64,000 bases of DNA from Eledone cirrhosa (taxonomy: Eukaryota), in contig OZ024744.1 in assembly GCA_964016885.1 (NCBI GenBank), positions 128,216,001 through 128,280,000 on the forward strand. The letters run 5' to 3'. Position 1 is the first letter of the stretch. Every line of letters starts with the position of its first letter. Under the pieces are notes generated by a model. That model saw nothing but the letters and a program-made list of their open reading frames with translations, was not told where the DNA came from and ran no database searches. Below, one piece after another: positions 25,201 to 36,619 of the stretch. A program made the translations under genes and the position numbers.

Positions 25201-26393
25201 TTGGGGTTAAATTAAGTTGGGGTTAAGTTAAGTTGGGGTTAAGTTAAGTTGGGGTTAAATTAAGTTGGGGTTCAGTTAAGTTGGGGTTAAATTAAGTTGG
25301 GGTTAAGTTAAGTTGGGGTTAGTTAAGTTGGGGTTAAGTTAAGTTGGGGTTAAGTTAAGTTGGGGTTAAGTTAAGTTGGGGTTAAGTTAAGTTGGCGTTA
25401 AGTTAAGTTGGGGTTAAGTTAAGTTGGGGTTAATTTAAGTTGGGGTTAAGTTAAGTTGGGGTTAAGTTAAGTTGGAGTTAAGTCAAGTTGGGGTTAAATC
25501 AAGTTGGGGTTAAGTCAAGTTGGGGTTAAGTCAAGTTGGGGTTAAGTTAAGTTGGGGTTAAGTTAAGTTGGGGTTAAGTTAAGTTGGGGGTAAGTTAAGT
25601 TGGGGTTAAGTTAAGTTGGGGTTCAGTTCAGTTGGGATTAAGTTAAGTTGGGGTTAAGTTAAGCTGGGGGTAAGTTAAGTTGGGTGTAAGTTAAGTTGGG
25701 GTTAATTTAAGTTGGGGTTAAGTTAAGCTGGGGGTAAGTTAAGTTGGGTGTAAGTTAAGTCGGGGTTAAATTAAGTTGGGGTTAAGTTAAGTTGGGGTTA
25801 TGTTAAGTTGGGGTTAAGTTAAGTTGGGGTTAAGTTAAGTTGGGGGTAAGTTAAGTTGGGGTTAAGTTAAGTTGGGGGTAAGTTAAGTTGAGGGTAAGTT
25901 AAGTTGGGGTTCAGTTAAGTTGGGGTTAAATTAAGTTGGGGGTAAGTTAAGTTGGGGGTAAGTTAAGTTGGGGTTAAGTTAAGTTGGGGTTAAATTAAGT
26001 TGAGGTTAAGTTAAGTTGGGGTTAAGTTAAATTGGGGTTAATTTAAGTTGGGGGTAAGATAAGTTGGGGCTAAGTTAAGTTGGGGCTAAGTCAAATTGGG
26101 GTTAAGTCAAGTTGAGGTTAACTTAAGTTGGGGTTATGTTAAGTTGGGGCTAAGTTAAGTTGGGGCTAAGTTAAGTTGGGGCTGAGTTAAGTTGGGGTTA
26201 AGTTAAGTTGGGGTTGAGTTAAGTTGGGGTTAAGTTAAGTTGGGATTAAGTTAAGTTGGGGTTAAGTTAAGTTGGGGGTAAGTTAAGTTGGGGCTAAGTT
26301 AAGTTGGGACTAAGTCAAGTTGGGGTTAAGTTAAGTTGAGGTTAACTTAAGTTGGGGTTAAGTTAAGTTGGGGTTAAGTTAAGTTGGGGTTAA
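22235..26393 (+). repeat. Apparently perfect tandem duplication, period 2060 bp
   Basis: Offset exactly 2060 for GTCAAGTTTGGGATAAG 22861/24921, C of GTCGGGGTTAAA 23701/25761, AAGTTGGGAC 24241/26301, GGGTCT 22773/24833. No differences seen in the stretches compared. Confidence 0.93.
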
Positions 26394-26699
26394 CTTAAGT
26401 TGGGGTTAAGTTAAGTTAGGGCTAAGTTAAGTTGGGGCTAAGTTAAGTTGGGGCTGAGTTAAGTTGGGGTTAAGTTAAGTTCGGGTTGAGTTAAGTTGGG
26501 GTTAAGTTAAGTTGGGGTTAAGTTAAGTTGGGGTTAAGTTAAGTTGGGGTTAAGATAAGTTGGGGTTAAGTTAAGTTCGGGTTAATTTAAGTTGGGGTTG
26601 AGTTAATTTGGGTTTAAGTTAAGTTGGGCTTAACTTAAGTTGGGGTTAAGTTGGGGTTAAGTTAAGTTGGGGTTAAGTTAAGTTGGGGGTAAGTTAAGT

Positions 26700-29600
26700 T
26701 GGGGTTATGTTAAGTTGGGGTTAATTTAAGTTGGGGTTAAGTTAAGTTGGGGGTAACTTAAGTTGGGGTTAAGTTAAGTTGAGGGTAAGTTAAGTTGAGG
26801 GTAAGTTAAGTTGAGGTGAAGTTAAGTTGGGGTTAAGTTAAGTTGGGGGTAAGTTAAGTTGGGGGTAAGTTAAGTTGGGGTTAAGTTAAGTTGGGGTTAA
26901 ATTAAGTTGAGGTTCAGTTAATTTGGGGTTAAGTTAAGTTGGGGTTAAGTTAAGTTGGGGGTAAGATAAGTTGGGGCTAAGTTAAGTTGGGGCTAAGTCA
27001 AGTTGGGGTTAAGTCAAGTTGAGGTTAACTTAAGTTGGGGTTAAGTTAAGTTGGGGTTAAGTTAAGTTGGGGTTTAGGTAAGTTGGGGTTAAGTTAAGTT
27101 GGGGCTAAGTTAAGTTGGGGCTAAGTTAAGTTGGGGCTGAGTTAAGTTGGGGTTAAGTTGGGGTTGAGTTAAGTTGGGGTTAAGTTAATTTGGGATTAAG
27201 TTAAGTTCGGGTTAAGTTAAGTTCGGGTTGAGTTAAGTTGGGGTTAAGTTAAGTTGGGGTTAATTTAAGTTGGGGTTAAGTTAAGTTGGGGTTAATATAA
27301 GTTGGGGTTAAGTTAAGTTGGGGTTAAGTTAAGTTGGGGTTGAGTTAATTTGGGGTTAAGTTAAGTTGGGGGTAAGTTAAGTTGGGGGCAAGTTGAGTTG
27401 GGGTTAAGTTAAGTTGGGGTTAAGTTAAGGTGGGGGTAAGTTAAGTTGGGGTTAAGTTAAGTTGGGGCTAAGTTAAGTTGGGGCTAAGTTAAGTTGGGGC
27501 TGAGTTAAGTTGGGGTTAAGTTAAGTTGGGGTTGAGTTAAGTTGGGGTTAACTTAATTTTGGGTTAAGTTGGGGTTAAGTTAAGTTGGGGTTAAGTTAAT
27601 TTGGGGGTAAGTTAAGTTGGGGGCAAGTTAAGTTGGGGTTAATTTAAGACGGGGTTAAGTTAAGTTGGGGTTATGTTAAGTTGGGATTAAGTTAAGTTGG
27701 GGTTAAGTTAAGTTGGGGGTAAGTTAAGTTGGGGTTAAGTTAAGTTGGGGGTAAGTTAAGTTGAGGGTGAGTTAAGTTGGGGTTAAGTTAAGTTGGGGTT
27801 AAATTAAGTTGGGGGTAAGTTAAGTTGGGGGTAAGTTAAGTTGGGGTTAAGTTAAGTTGGGGTTAAATTAAGTTGAGGTTAAGTTAAGTTGGGGTTAAGT
27901 TAAGTTGGAGTTAGGTTAAGTTGGGGGTAAGATAAGTTGGGGCTAAGTTAAGTTGGGGCTAAGTCAAGTTGGGGTTGAGTCAAGTTGAGGTTAACTTAAG
28001 TTGGGGTTAAGTTAAGTTGGGGTTAAGTTAAGTTGGGGTTAAGGTAAGTTGGGGTTATGTTAAGTTGGGGCTAAGTTAAGTTGGGGCTAAGTTAAGTTGG
28101 GGCTGAGTTAAGTGGGGTTAAGTTAAGTTGGGGTTGAGTTAAATTGGGTTAAGTTGGGATTAAGTTAAGTTGGGGTTAAGTTAAGTTCGGCTTGAGTTAA
28201 GTTGGGGTTAAGTTAAGTTGGGGTTATGTTAAGTTGGGGTTAATTTAAGTTGGGGTTAAGTTAAGTTGGGGGTAACTTAAGTTGGGGTTAAGTTAAGTTG
28301 AGGGTAAGTTAAGTTGAGGGTAAGTTAAGTTGAGGTGAAGTTAAGTTGGGGTTAAGTTAAGTTGGGGGTAAGTTAAGTTGGGGGTAGGTTAAGTTGGGGT
28401 TAAGTTAAGTTGGGGTTAAATTAAGTTGAGGTTAAGTTAATTTGGGGTTAAGTTAATTTGGGGTTAAGTTAAGTTGGGGGTAAGATAAGTTGGGGCTAAG
28501 TTAAGTTGGGGCTAAGTCAAGTTGGGGTTAAGTCAAGTTGAGGTTAACTTAAGTTGGGGTTAAGTTAAGTTGGGGTTAAGTTAAGTTGGGGTTTAGGTAA
28601 GTTGGGGTTAAGTTAAGTTGGGGCTAAGTTAAGTTGGGGCTAAGTTAAGTTGGGGCTGAGTTAAGTTGGGGTTAAGTTGGGGTTGAGTTAAGTTGGGGTT
28701 AAGTTAATTTGGGATTAAGTTAAGTTCGGGTTAAGTTAAGTTCGGGTTGAGTTAAGTTGGGGTTAAGTTAAGTTGGGGTTAATTTAAGTTGGGGTTAAGT
28801 TAAGTTGGGGTTAATATAAGTTGGGGTTAAGTTAAGTTGGGGTTAAGTTAAGTTGGGGTTGAGTTAATTTGGGGTTAAGTTAAGTTGGGGGTAAGTTAAG
28901 TTGGGGGCAAGTTGAGTTGGGGTTAAGTTAAGTTGGGGTTAAGTTAAGGTGGGGGTAAGTTAAGTTGGGGGTAAGTTAAGTTGGGGTTAAGTTAAGTTGG
29001 GGTTAAGTTAAGTTGGGTTTAAGTTAAGTTGGGGCTAAGTTAAGTTGGGGCTAAGTTAAGTTGGGGCTGAGTTAAGTTGGGGTTAAGTTAAGTTGGGGTT
29101 GAGTTAAGTTGGGGTTAACTTAAGTTGGGGTTAAGTTGGGGTTAAGTTAAGTTGGGGTTAAGTTAATTTGGGGGTAAGTTAAGTTGGGGGCAAGTTAAGT
29201 TGGGGTTAATTTAAGATGGGGTTAAGTTAAGTTGGGGTTATGTTAAGTTGGGGTTAAGTTAAGTTGGGGTTAAGTTAAGTTGGGGGTAAGTTAAGTTGGG
29301 GTTAAGTTAAGTTGGGGGTAAGTTAAGTTGAGGGTGAGTTAAGTTGGGGTTAAGTTAAGTTGGGGTTAAATTAAGTTGGGGGTAAGTTAAGTTGGGGGTA
29401 AGTTAAGTTGGGGTTAAGTTAAGTTGGGGTTAAATTATGTTGAGGTTAAGTTAAGTTGGGGTTAAGTTAAGTTGGAGTTAGGTTAAGTTGGGGGTAAGAT
29501 AAGTTGGGGCTAAGTTAAGTTGGGGCTAAGTCAAGTTGGGGTTGAGTCAAGTTGAGGTTAACTTAAGTTGGGGTTAAGTTAAGTTGGGGTTAAGTTAAGT

Positions 29601-32600
29601 TGGGGTTAAGGTAAGTTGGGGTTATGTTAAGTTGGGGCTAAGTTAAGTTGGGGCTAAGTTAAGTTGGGGCTGAGTTAAGTGGGGTTAAGTTAAGTTGGGG
29701 TTGAGTTAAGTTGGGTTAAGTTAAGTTGGGATTAAGTTAAGTTGGGGTTAAGTTAAGTTCGGCTTGAGTTAAGTTGGGGTTAAGTTAAGTTGGGGTTAAG
29801 ATAAGTTGGGGTTAAGTTAAGTTGGGGTTAAGTTAAGTTGGGGTTGAGTTAATTTGGGGTTAAGTTAAGTTGGGGTTAACTTAAGTTGGGGTTAAGTTGG
29901 GGTTAAGTTAAGTTGGGGATAAGTTAAGTTGGGGGTAGGTTAAGTTGGGGGCAAGTTAAGTTGGGGTTAAGTTAAGTTGGGGTTAAGTTAAGTTGGGGTT
30001 AAGTTAAGTTGGGGTTAAGTTAAGTTGGGTTTAAGTTAAGTTGGGGCTAACTTAAGTTGGGGCTAAGTTAAGTTGGGGCTGAGTTAAGTTGGGGTTAAGT
30101 TGGGGTTGAGTTAAGTTGGGGTTATGTTAAGTTAGGGTTGAGTTAAGTTGGGGTTGAGTTAAGTTGGGGTTAAGTTAAGTTGGCGTTAAGTTAAGTTGGG
30201 GTTAAGTTAAGTTGGGGGTAAGTTAAGTTGGGGGCAAGTTGAGTTGGGGTTAAGTTAAGTTGGGGTTAAGTTAAGGTGGGGGTAAGTTAAGTTGGGGGTA
30301 AGTTAAGTTGGGGTTAAGTTAAGTTGGGGTTAAGTTAAGTTGGGTTTAAGTTAAGTTGGGGCTAAGTTAAGTTGGGGCTAAGTTAAGTTGGGGCTGAGTT
30401 AAGGTGGGGTTAAGTTAAGTTGGGGTTGAGTTAAGTTGGGGTTAACTTAAGTTGGGGTTAAGTTGGGGTTAAGTTAAGTTGGGGTTAAGTTAATTTGGGG
30501 GTAAGTTAAGTTGGGGGCAAGTTAAGTTGGGGTTAATTTAAGATGGGGTTAAGTTAAGTTGGGGTTATTTTAAGTTGGGGTTAAGTTAAGTTGGGGTTAA
30601 GTTAAGTTGGGGGTAAGTTAAGTTGGGGTTAAGTTAAGTTGGGGGTAAGTTAAGTTGAGGGTGAGTTAAGTTGGGGTTAAGTTAAGTTGGGGTTAAATTA
30701 AGTTGGGGGTAAGTTAAGTTGGGGGTAAGTTAAGTTGGGGTTAAGTTAAGTTGGGGTTAAATTAAGTTGAGGTTAAGTTAAGTTGGGGTTAAGTTAAGTT
30801 GGAGTTAGGTTAAGTTGGGGGTAAGATAAGTTGGGGCTAAGTTAAGTTGGGGCTAAGTCAAGTTGGGGTTGAGTCAAGTTGAGGTTAACTTAAGTTGGGG
30901 TTAAGTTAAGTTGGGGTTAAGTTAAGTTGGGGTTAAGGTAAGTTGGGGTTATGTTAAGTTGGGGCTAAGTTAAGTTGGGGCTGAGTTAAGTGGGGTTAAG
31001 TTAAGTTGGGGTTGAGTTAAATTGGGTTAAGTTGGGATTAAGTTAAGTTGGGGTTAAGTTAAGTTCGGCTTGAGTTAAGTTGGGGTTAAGTTAAGTTGGG
31101 GTTATGTTAAGTTGGGGTTAATTTAAGTTGGGGTTAAGTTAAGTTGGGGGTAACTTAAGTTGGGGTTAAGTTAAGTTGAGGGTAAGTTAAGTTGAGGGTA
31201 AGTTAAGTTGAGGTGAAGTTAAGTTGGGGTTAAGTTAAGTTGGGGGTAAGTTAAGTTGGGGGTAGGTTAAGTTGGGGTTAAGTTAAGTTGGGGTTAAATT
31301 AAGTTGAGGTTAAGTTAATTTGGGGTTAAGTTAAGTTGGGGTTAAGTTAAGTTGGGGGTAAGATAAGTTGGGGCTAAGTTAAGTTGGGGCTAAGTCAAGT
31401 TGGGGTTAAGTCAAGTTGAGGTTAACTTAAGTTGGGGTTAAGTTAAGTTGGGGTTAAGTTAAGTTGGGGTTTAGGTAAGTTGGGGTTAAGTTAAGTTGGG
31501 GCTAAGTTAAGTTGGGGCTAAGTTAAGTTGGGGCTGAGTTAAGTTGGGGTTAAGTTGGGGTTGAGTTAAGTTGGGGTTAAGTTAATTTGGGATTAAGTTA
31601 AGTTCGGGTTAAGTTAAGTTCGGGTTGAGTTAAGTTGGGGTTAAGTTAAGTTGGGGTTAATTTAAGTTGGGGTTAAGTTAAGTTGGGGTTAATATAAGTT
31701 GGGGTTAAGTTAAGTTGGGGTTAAGTTAAGTTGGGGTTGAGTTAATTTGGGGTTAAGTTAATTTGGGGGTAAGTTAAGTTGGGGGCAAGTTGAGTTGGGG
31801 TTAAGTTAAGTTGGGGTTAAGTTAAGTTGGGGTTAAGTTAAGTTGGGTTTAAGTTAAGTTGGGGCTAAGTTAAGTTGGGGCTAAGTTAAGTTGGGGCTGA
31901 GTTAAGTTGGGGTTAAGTTAAGTTGGGGTTGAGTTAAGTTGGGGTTAACTTAAGTTGGGGTTAAGTTGGGGTTAAGTTAAGTTGGGGTTAATTTAAGATG
32001 GGGTTAAGTTAGGTTGGGGTTATGTTAAGTTGGGGTTAAGTTAAGTTGGGGTTAAGTTAAGTTGGGGGTAAGTTAAGTTGGGGTTAAGTTAAGTTGGGGG
32101 TAAGTTAAGTTGAGGGTGAGTTAAGTTGGGGTTAAGTTAAGTTGGGGTTAAATTAAGTTGGGGGTAAGTTAAGTTGGGGGTAAGTTAAGTTGGGGTTAAG
32201 TTAAGTTGGGGTTAAATTATGTTGAGGTTAAGTTAAGTTGGGGTTAAGTTAAGTTGGAGTTAGGTTAAGTTGGGGGTAAGATAAGTTGGGGCTAAGTTAA
32301 GTTGGGGCTAAGTCAAGTTGGGGTTGAGTCAAGTTGAGGTTAACTTAAGTTGGGGTTAAGTTAAGTTGGGGTTAAGTTAAGTTGGGGTTAAGGTAAGTTG
32401 GGGTTATGTTAAGTTGGGGCTAAGTTAAGTTGGGGCTAAGTTAAGTTGGGGCTGAGTTAAGTGGGGTTAAGTTAAGTTGGGGTTGAGTTAAGTTGGGTTA
32501 AGTTAAGTTGGGATTAAGTTAAGTTGGGGTTAAGTTAAGTTCGGCTTGAGTTAAGTTGGGGTTAAGTTAAGTTGGGGTTAAGATAAGTTGGGGTTAAGTT

Positions 32601-33030
32601 AAGTTGGGGTTAAGTTAAGTTGGGGTTGAGTTAATTTGGGGTTAAGTTAAGTTGGGGTTAACTTAAGTTGGGGTTAAGTTGGGGTTAAGTTAAGTTGGGG
32701 TTAAGTTAAGTTGGGGGTAGGTTAAGTTGGGGGCAAGTTAAGTTGGGGTTAAGTTAAGTTGGGGTTAAGTTAAGTTGGGGTTAAGTTAAGTTGGGGTTAA
32801 GTTAAGTTGGGGTTAAGTTAAGTTGGGTTTAAGTTAAGTTGGGGCTAACTTAAGTTGGGGCTAAGTTAAGTTGGGGCTGAGTTAAGTTGGGGTTAAGTTG
32901 GGGTTGAGTTAAGTTGGGGTTATGTTAAGTTAGGGTTGAGTTAAGTTGGGGTTGAGTTAAGTTGGGGTTAAGTTAAGTTGGCGTTAAGTTAAGTTGGGGT
33001 TAAGTTAAGTTGGGGTTAAGTTAAGTTGGG
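26700..33030 (+). repeat. Nested higher-order repeat: ~1.3-1.6 kb unit present ~4 times, organised as a duplicated ~2.8-2.9 kb dimer
   Basis: GAGGTGAAG 26813/28332/31210 and AATATAAG 27294/28813/31691 (offsets 1519, 2878); GGAGTTAGG 27907/29474/30801/32256; TAAATTATG only at 29431 and 32213 (offset 2782). Confidence 0.83.
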
Positions 33031-34990
33031 GTAAGTTAAGTTGGGGGCAAGTTAAGTTGGGGTTAAGTTAAGTTGGGGTTAAGTTAAGTTGGGGTTAAGT
33101 TAAGTTGGGGCTGAGTTAAGTTGGGGTTAAGTTAAGTTGGGGTTAAGTTAAGTTGGGGTTAAGTTAAGTTGGGGTTAAGTTAAGTTGGGGTTAAGTCAAG
33201 TTGGGGTTAAGTCAAGTTGGGGTTAAGTCAAGTTGGGGTTAATTTAAGCTGGGGTTAAGTTGGGGTAAGTTAAGTTGGAGTTAAGTTAAGTTGGGGTTAA
33301 GTTAAATTGGAGTTAAGTTAAGTTGGGGTTAACTTAAGTTGGGGGTAAGTTGGGGTTAAGTTAAGTTGGGGGTTAGGTAAGTTGGGGGCAAGTTAAGTTG
33401 GGGTTAATTTAAGTTGGGGTTAAGTTAAGTTGGGGTTATGTTAAGTTGGGGTTAAGTTAAGTTGGGGTTAAGTTAAGTTGGGGGTAAGTTAAGTTGGGGT
33501 TAAGTTAAGTTGGGGGTAAGTTAAGTTGGGGGTAAGTTAAGTTGAGGGTAAGTTAAGTTGGGGTTAAGTTAAGTTGGGGTTAAGTCAAGTTGGGGTTACG
33601 GTAAGTTGGGGTTATGTTAAGTTGGGGCTAAGTTAAGTTGGGGCTAAGTTAAGTTGGGGCTGAGTTAAGTTGGGGTTAAGTTAAGTTGGGGTTGAGTTAA
33701 GTTGGGGTTAAGTTAAGTTGGGATTAAGTTAAGTTGGGGTTAAGTTAAGTTCGGCTTGAGTTAAGTTGGGGTTAAGTTAAGTTGGGGTCAATTTAAGTTG
33801 GGGTTAAGTTAAGTTGGGGTTAAGATAAGTTGGGGTTAAGTTAAGTTGGGGTTAAGTTAAGTTGGGGTTGAGTTAATTTGGGGTTAAGTTAAGTTGGGTT
33901 TAAGTTAAGTTGGGGCTAACTTAAGTTGGGGCTAAGTTAAGTTGGGGCTGAGTTAAGTTGGGGTTAAGTTGGGGTTGAGTTAAGTTGGGGTTATGTTAAG
34001 TTAGGGTTGAGTTAAGTTGGGGTTGAGTTAAGTTGGGGTTAAGTTAAGTTGGCGTTAAGTTAAGTTGGGGTTAAGTTAAGTTGGGGTTAAGTTAAGTTGG
34101 GGTAAGTTAAGTTGGGGGCAAGTTAAGTTGGGGTTAAGTTAAGTTGGGGTTAAGTTAAGTTGGGGTTAAGTTAAGTTGGGGCTGAGTTAAGTTGGGGTTA
34201 AGTTAAGTTGGGGTTAAGTTAAGTTGGGGTTAAGTTAAGTTGGGGTTAAGTTAAGTTGGGGTTAAGTCAAGTTGGGGTTAAGTCAAGTTGGGGTTAAGTC
34301 AAGTTGGGGTTAATTTAAGCTGGGGTTAAGTTGGGGTAAGTTAAGTTGGAGTTAAGTTAAGTTGGGGTTAAGTTAAATTGGAGTTAAGTTAAGTTGGGGT
34401 TAACTTAAGTTGGGGGTAAGTTGGGGTTAAGTTAAGTTGGGGGTTAGGTAAGTTGGGTGCAAGTTAAGTTGGGGTTAATTTAAGTTGGGGTTAAGTTAAG
34501 TTGGGGTTATGTTAAGTTGGGGTTAAGTTAAGTTGGGGTTAAGTTAAGTTGGGGGTAAGTTAAGTTGGGGTTAAGTTAAGTTGGGGGTAAGTTAAGTTGG
34601 GGGTAAGTTAAGTTGAGGGTAAGTTAAGTTGGGGTTAAGTTAAGTTGGGGTTAAGTCAAGTTGAGGTTAACTTAAGTTGGGGTTAAGTTAAGTTGGGGTT
34701 AAGGTAAGTTGGGGTTATGTTAAGTTGGGGCTAAGTTAAGTTGGGGCTAAGTTAAGTTGGGGCTGAGTTAAGTTGGGGTTAAGTTAAGTTGGGGTTGAGT
34801 TAAGTTGGGGTTAAGTTAAGTTGGGATTAAGTTAAGTTGGGGTTAAGTTAAGTTCGGCTTGAGTTAAGTTGGGGTTAAGTTAAGTTGGGGTCAATTTAAG
34901 TTGGGGTTAAGTTAAGTTGGGGTTAAGATAAGTTGGGGTTAAGTTAAGTTGGGGTTAAGTTAAGTTGGGGTTGAGTTAATTTGGGGTTAA
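32820..34990 (+). repeat. Tandem higher-order duplication, period 1071-1103 bp
   Basis: GGGGCTAACT 32841/33912 and TTAGGTAAG 33373/34444 (offset 1071); C of GGGGTCAATTT 33789/34892 (offset 1103 = +2 monomers). Confidence 0.88.
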
Positions 34991-36619
34991 GTTAAGTTGG
35001 GGTTAACTTAAGTTGGGGTTAAGTTGGGGTTAAGTTAAGTTGGGGTTGAGTTAAGTTGGGGGTAGGTTAAGTTGGGGGCAAGTTAAGTTGGGGTTAAGTT
35101 AAGTTGGGGTTAAGTTAAGTTGGGGGTAAGTTAAGTTGGGGTTAAGTTAAGTTGGGGTTAAGTTAAGTTGGGTTTAAGTTAAGTTGGGGCTAAGTTAAGT
35201 TGGGGCTAAGTTAAGTTGGGGCTAAGTTAAGTTAGGGCTGAGTTAAGTTGGGGTTAAGTTAAGTTGGGGTTGAGTTAAGTTGGGGTAATGTTAAGTTAGG
35301 GTTGAGTTAAGTTGGGGTTGAGTTAAGTTGGGGTTGAGTTAAGATGGGGATAAGTTAAGTTGGCGTTAAGTTAAGTTGGGGTTAAGTTAAGTTGGGGTTA
35401 AGTTAATTTGCGGTTAAGTTAGGTTGTGGGTTAAGTTAAGTTGGGGTTAAGTTAAGCTGGGGTTAAGTTGGGGTAAGTTAAGTTGGGGGTAAGTTAAGTT
35501 GGGGTTAAGTTAAGTTGGGGTTAAGTTAAGTTGGGGTTGAGTTAAGTTGGGGTTGAGTTAAGTTGGGGTTGAGTTAAGTTGGGGTTAAGTTAAGTTGGGG
35601 TTAAGTTAAGTTGGGGTTAAGTTAAGTTGGGGGTAAGTTAAGTTGGGGGCAAGTTAAGTTGGGGTTAAGTTAAGTTGGGGTTAAGTTAAGTTGGGGTTAA
35701 GTTAAGTTGGGGTTAAGTTAAGTTGGGGTTAAGTTAAGTTAGGGTTAATTTCAGTTGCGGTTATGTTAAGTTGGGGTTAAGTTAAGTTGGGGTTAAGTTA
35801 AAGTTGGGGTCAAGTTAAGTTGGGGTAAAGTTAAGTTAGGGTTAAGTTAAGTTGGGGTTAAGTTAAGTTGGGGTTAAATTAAGTTGGGGTTAAGTTAAGT
35901 TGGGGTTAAGTTAAGTTGGGGTTAAATTAAGTTGGGGTTCAGTTAAGTTGGGGTTAAATTAAGTTGGGGTTAAGTTAAGTTGGGGGTAGTTAAGTTGGGG
36001 TTAAGTTAAGTTGGGGTTAAGTTAAGTTGGGGTTAATTTAAGTTGTGGTTAAGTTAAGTTGGGGTTAAGTTAAGTTGGAGTTAAGTCAAGTTGGGGTTAA
36101 GTCAAGTTGGGGTTAAGTCAAGTTGGGGTTAAGTTAAGTTGGGGTTAAGTTAAGTTGGGGTTAAGTAAAGTTGGGGGTAAGTTAAGTTGGGTGTAAGTTA
36201 AGTTGGGGTTAAGTTAAGTTGGGGTTCAGTTCAGTTGGGGTTAAGTTAAGTTGGGGTTAAGTTAAGCTGGGGGTAAGTTAAGTTGGGTGTAAGTTAAGTT
36301 GGGGTTAAGTTAAGTTGGGGTTAAGTTAAGTTGGGGTTAAATTAAGTTGGGGTTAAGTTAAGTTGGGGTTATGTTAAGTTGGGGTTAAGTTAAGTTGGGG
36401 TTAAGTTAAGTTGGAGTTAAGTTAAGTTGGGGTTAAGCTAAGTTGGGGTTCAGTTAAGTTGGGGTTAAGTTAATTTGCGGTTAAGTTAAGTTGTGGGTAA
36501 GTTAAGTTGGGGTAAGTTAAGTTGGGGGTAAGTTAAGTTGGGGTTAAGTTAAGTTGGGGTTAAATTAAGTTGGGGTTAAGTTAAGTTGGGGTTAAGTTAA
36601 GTTGGGGTTAAGTTAAGTT

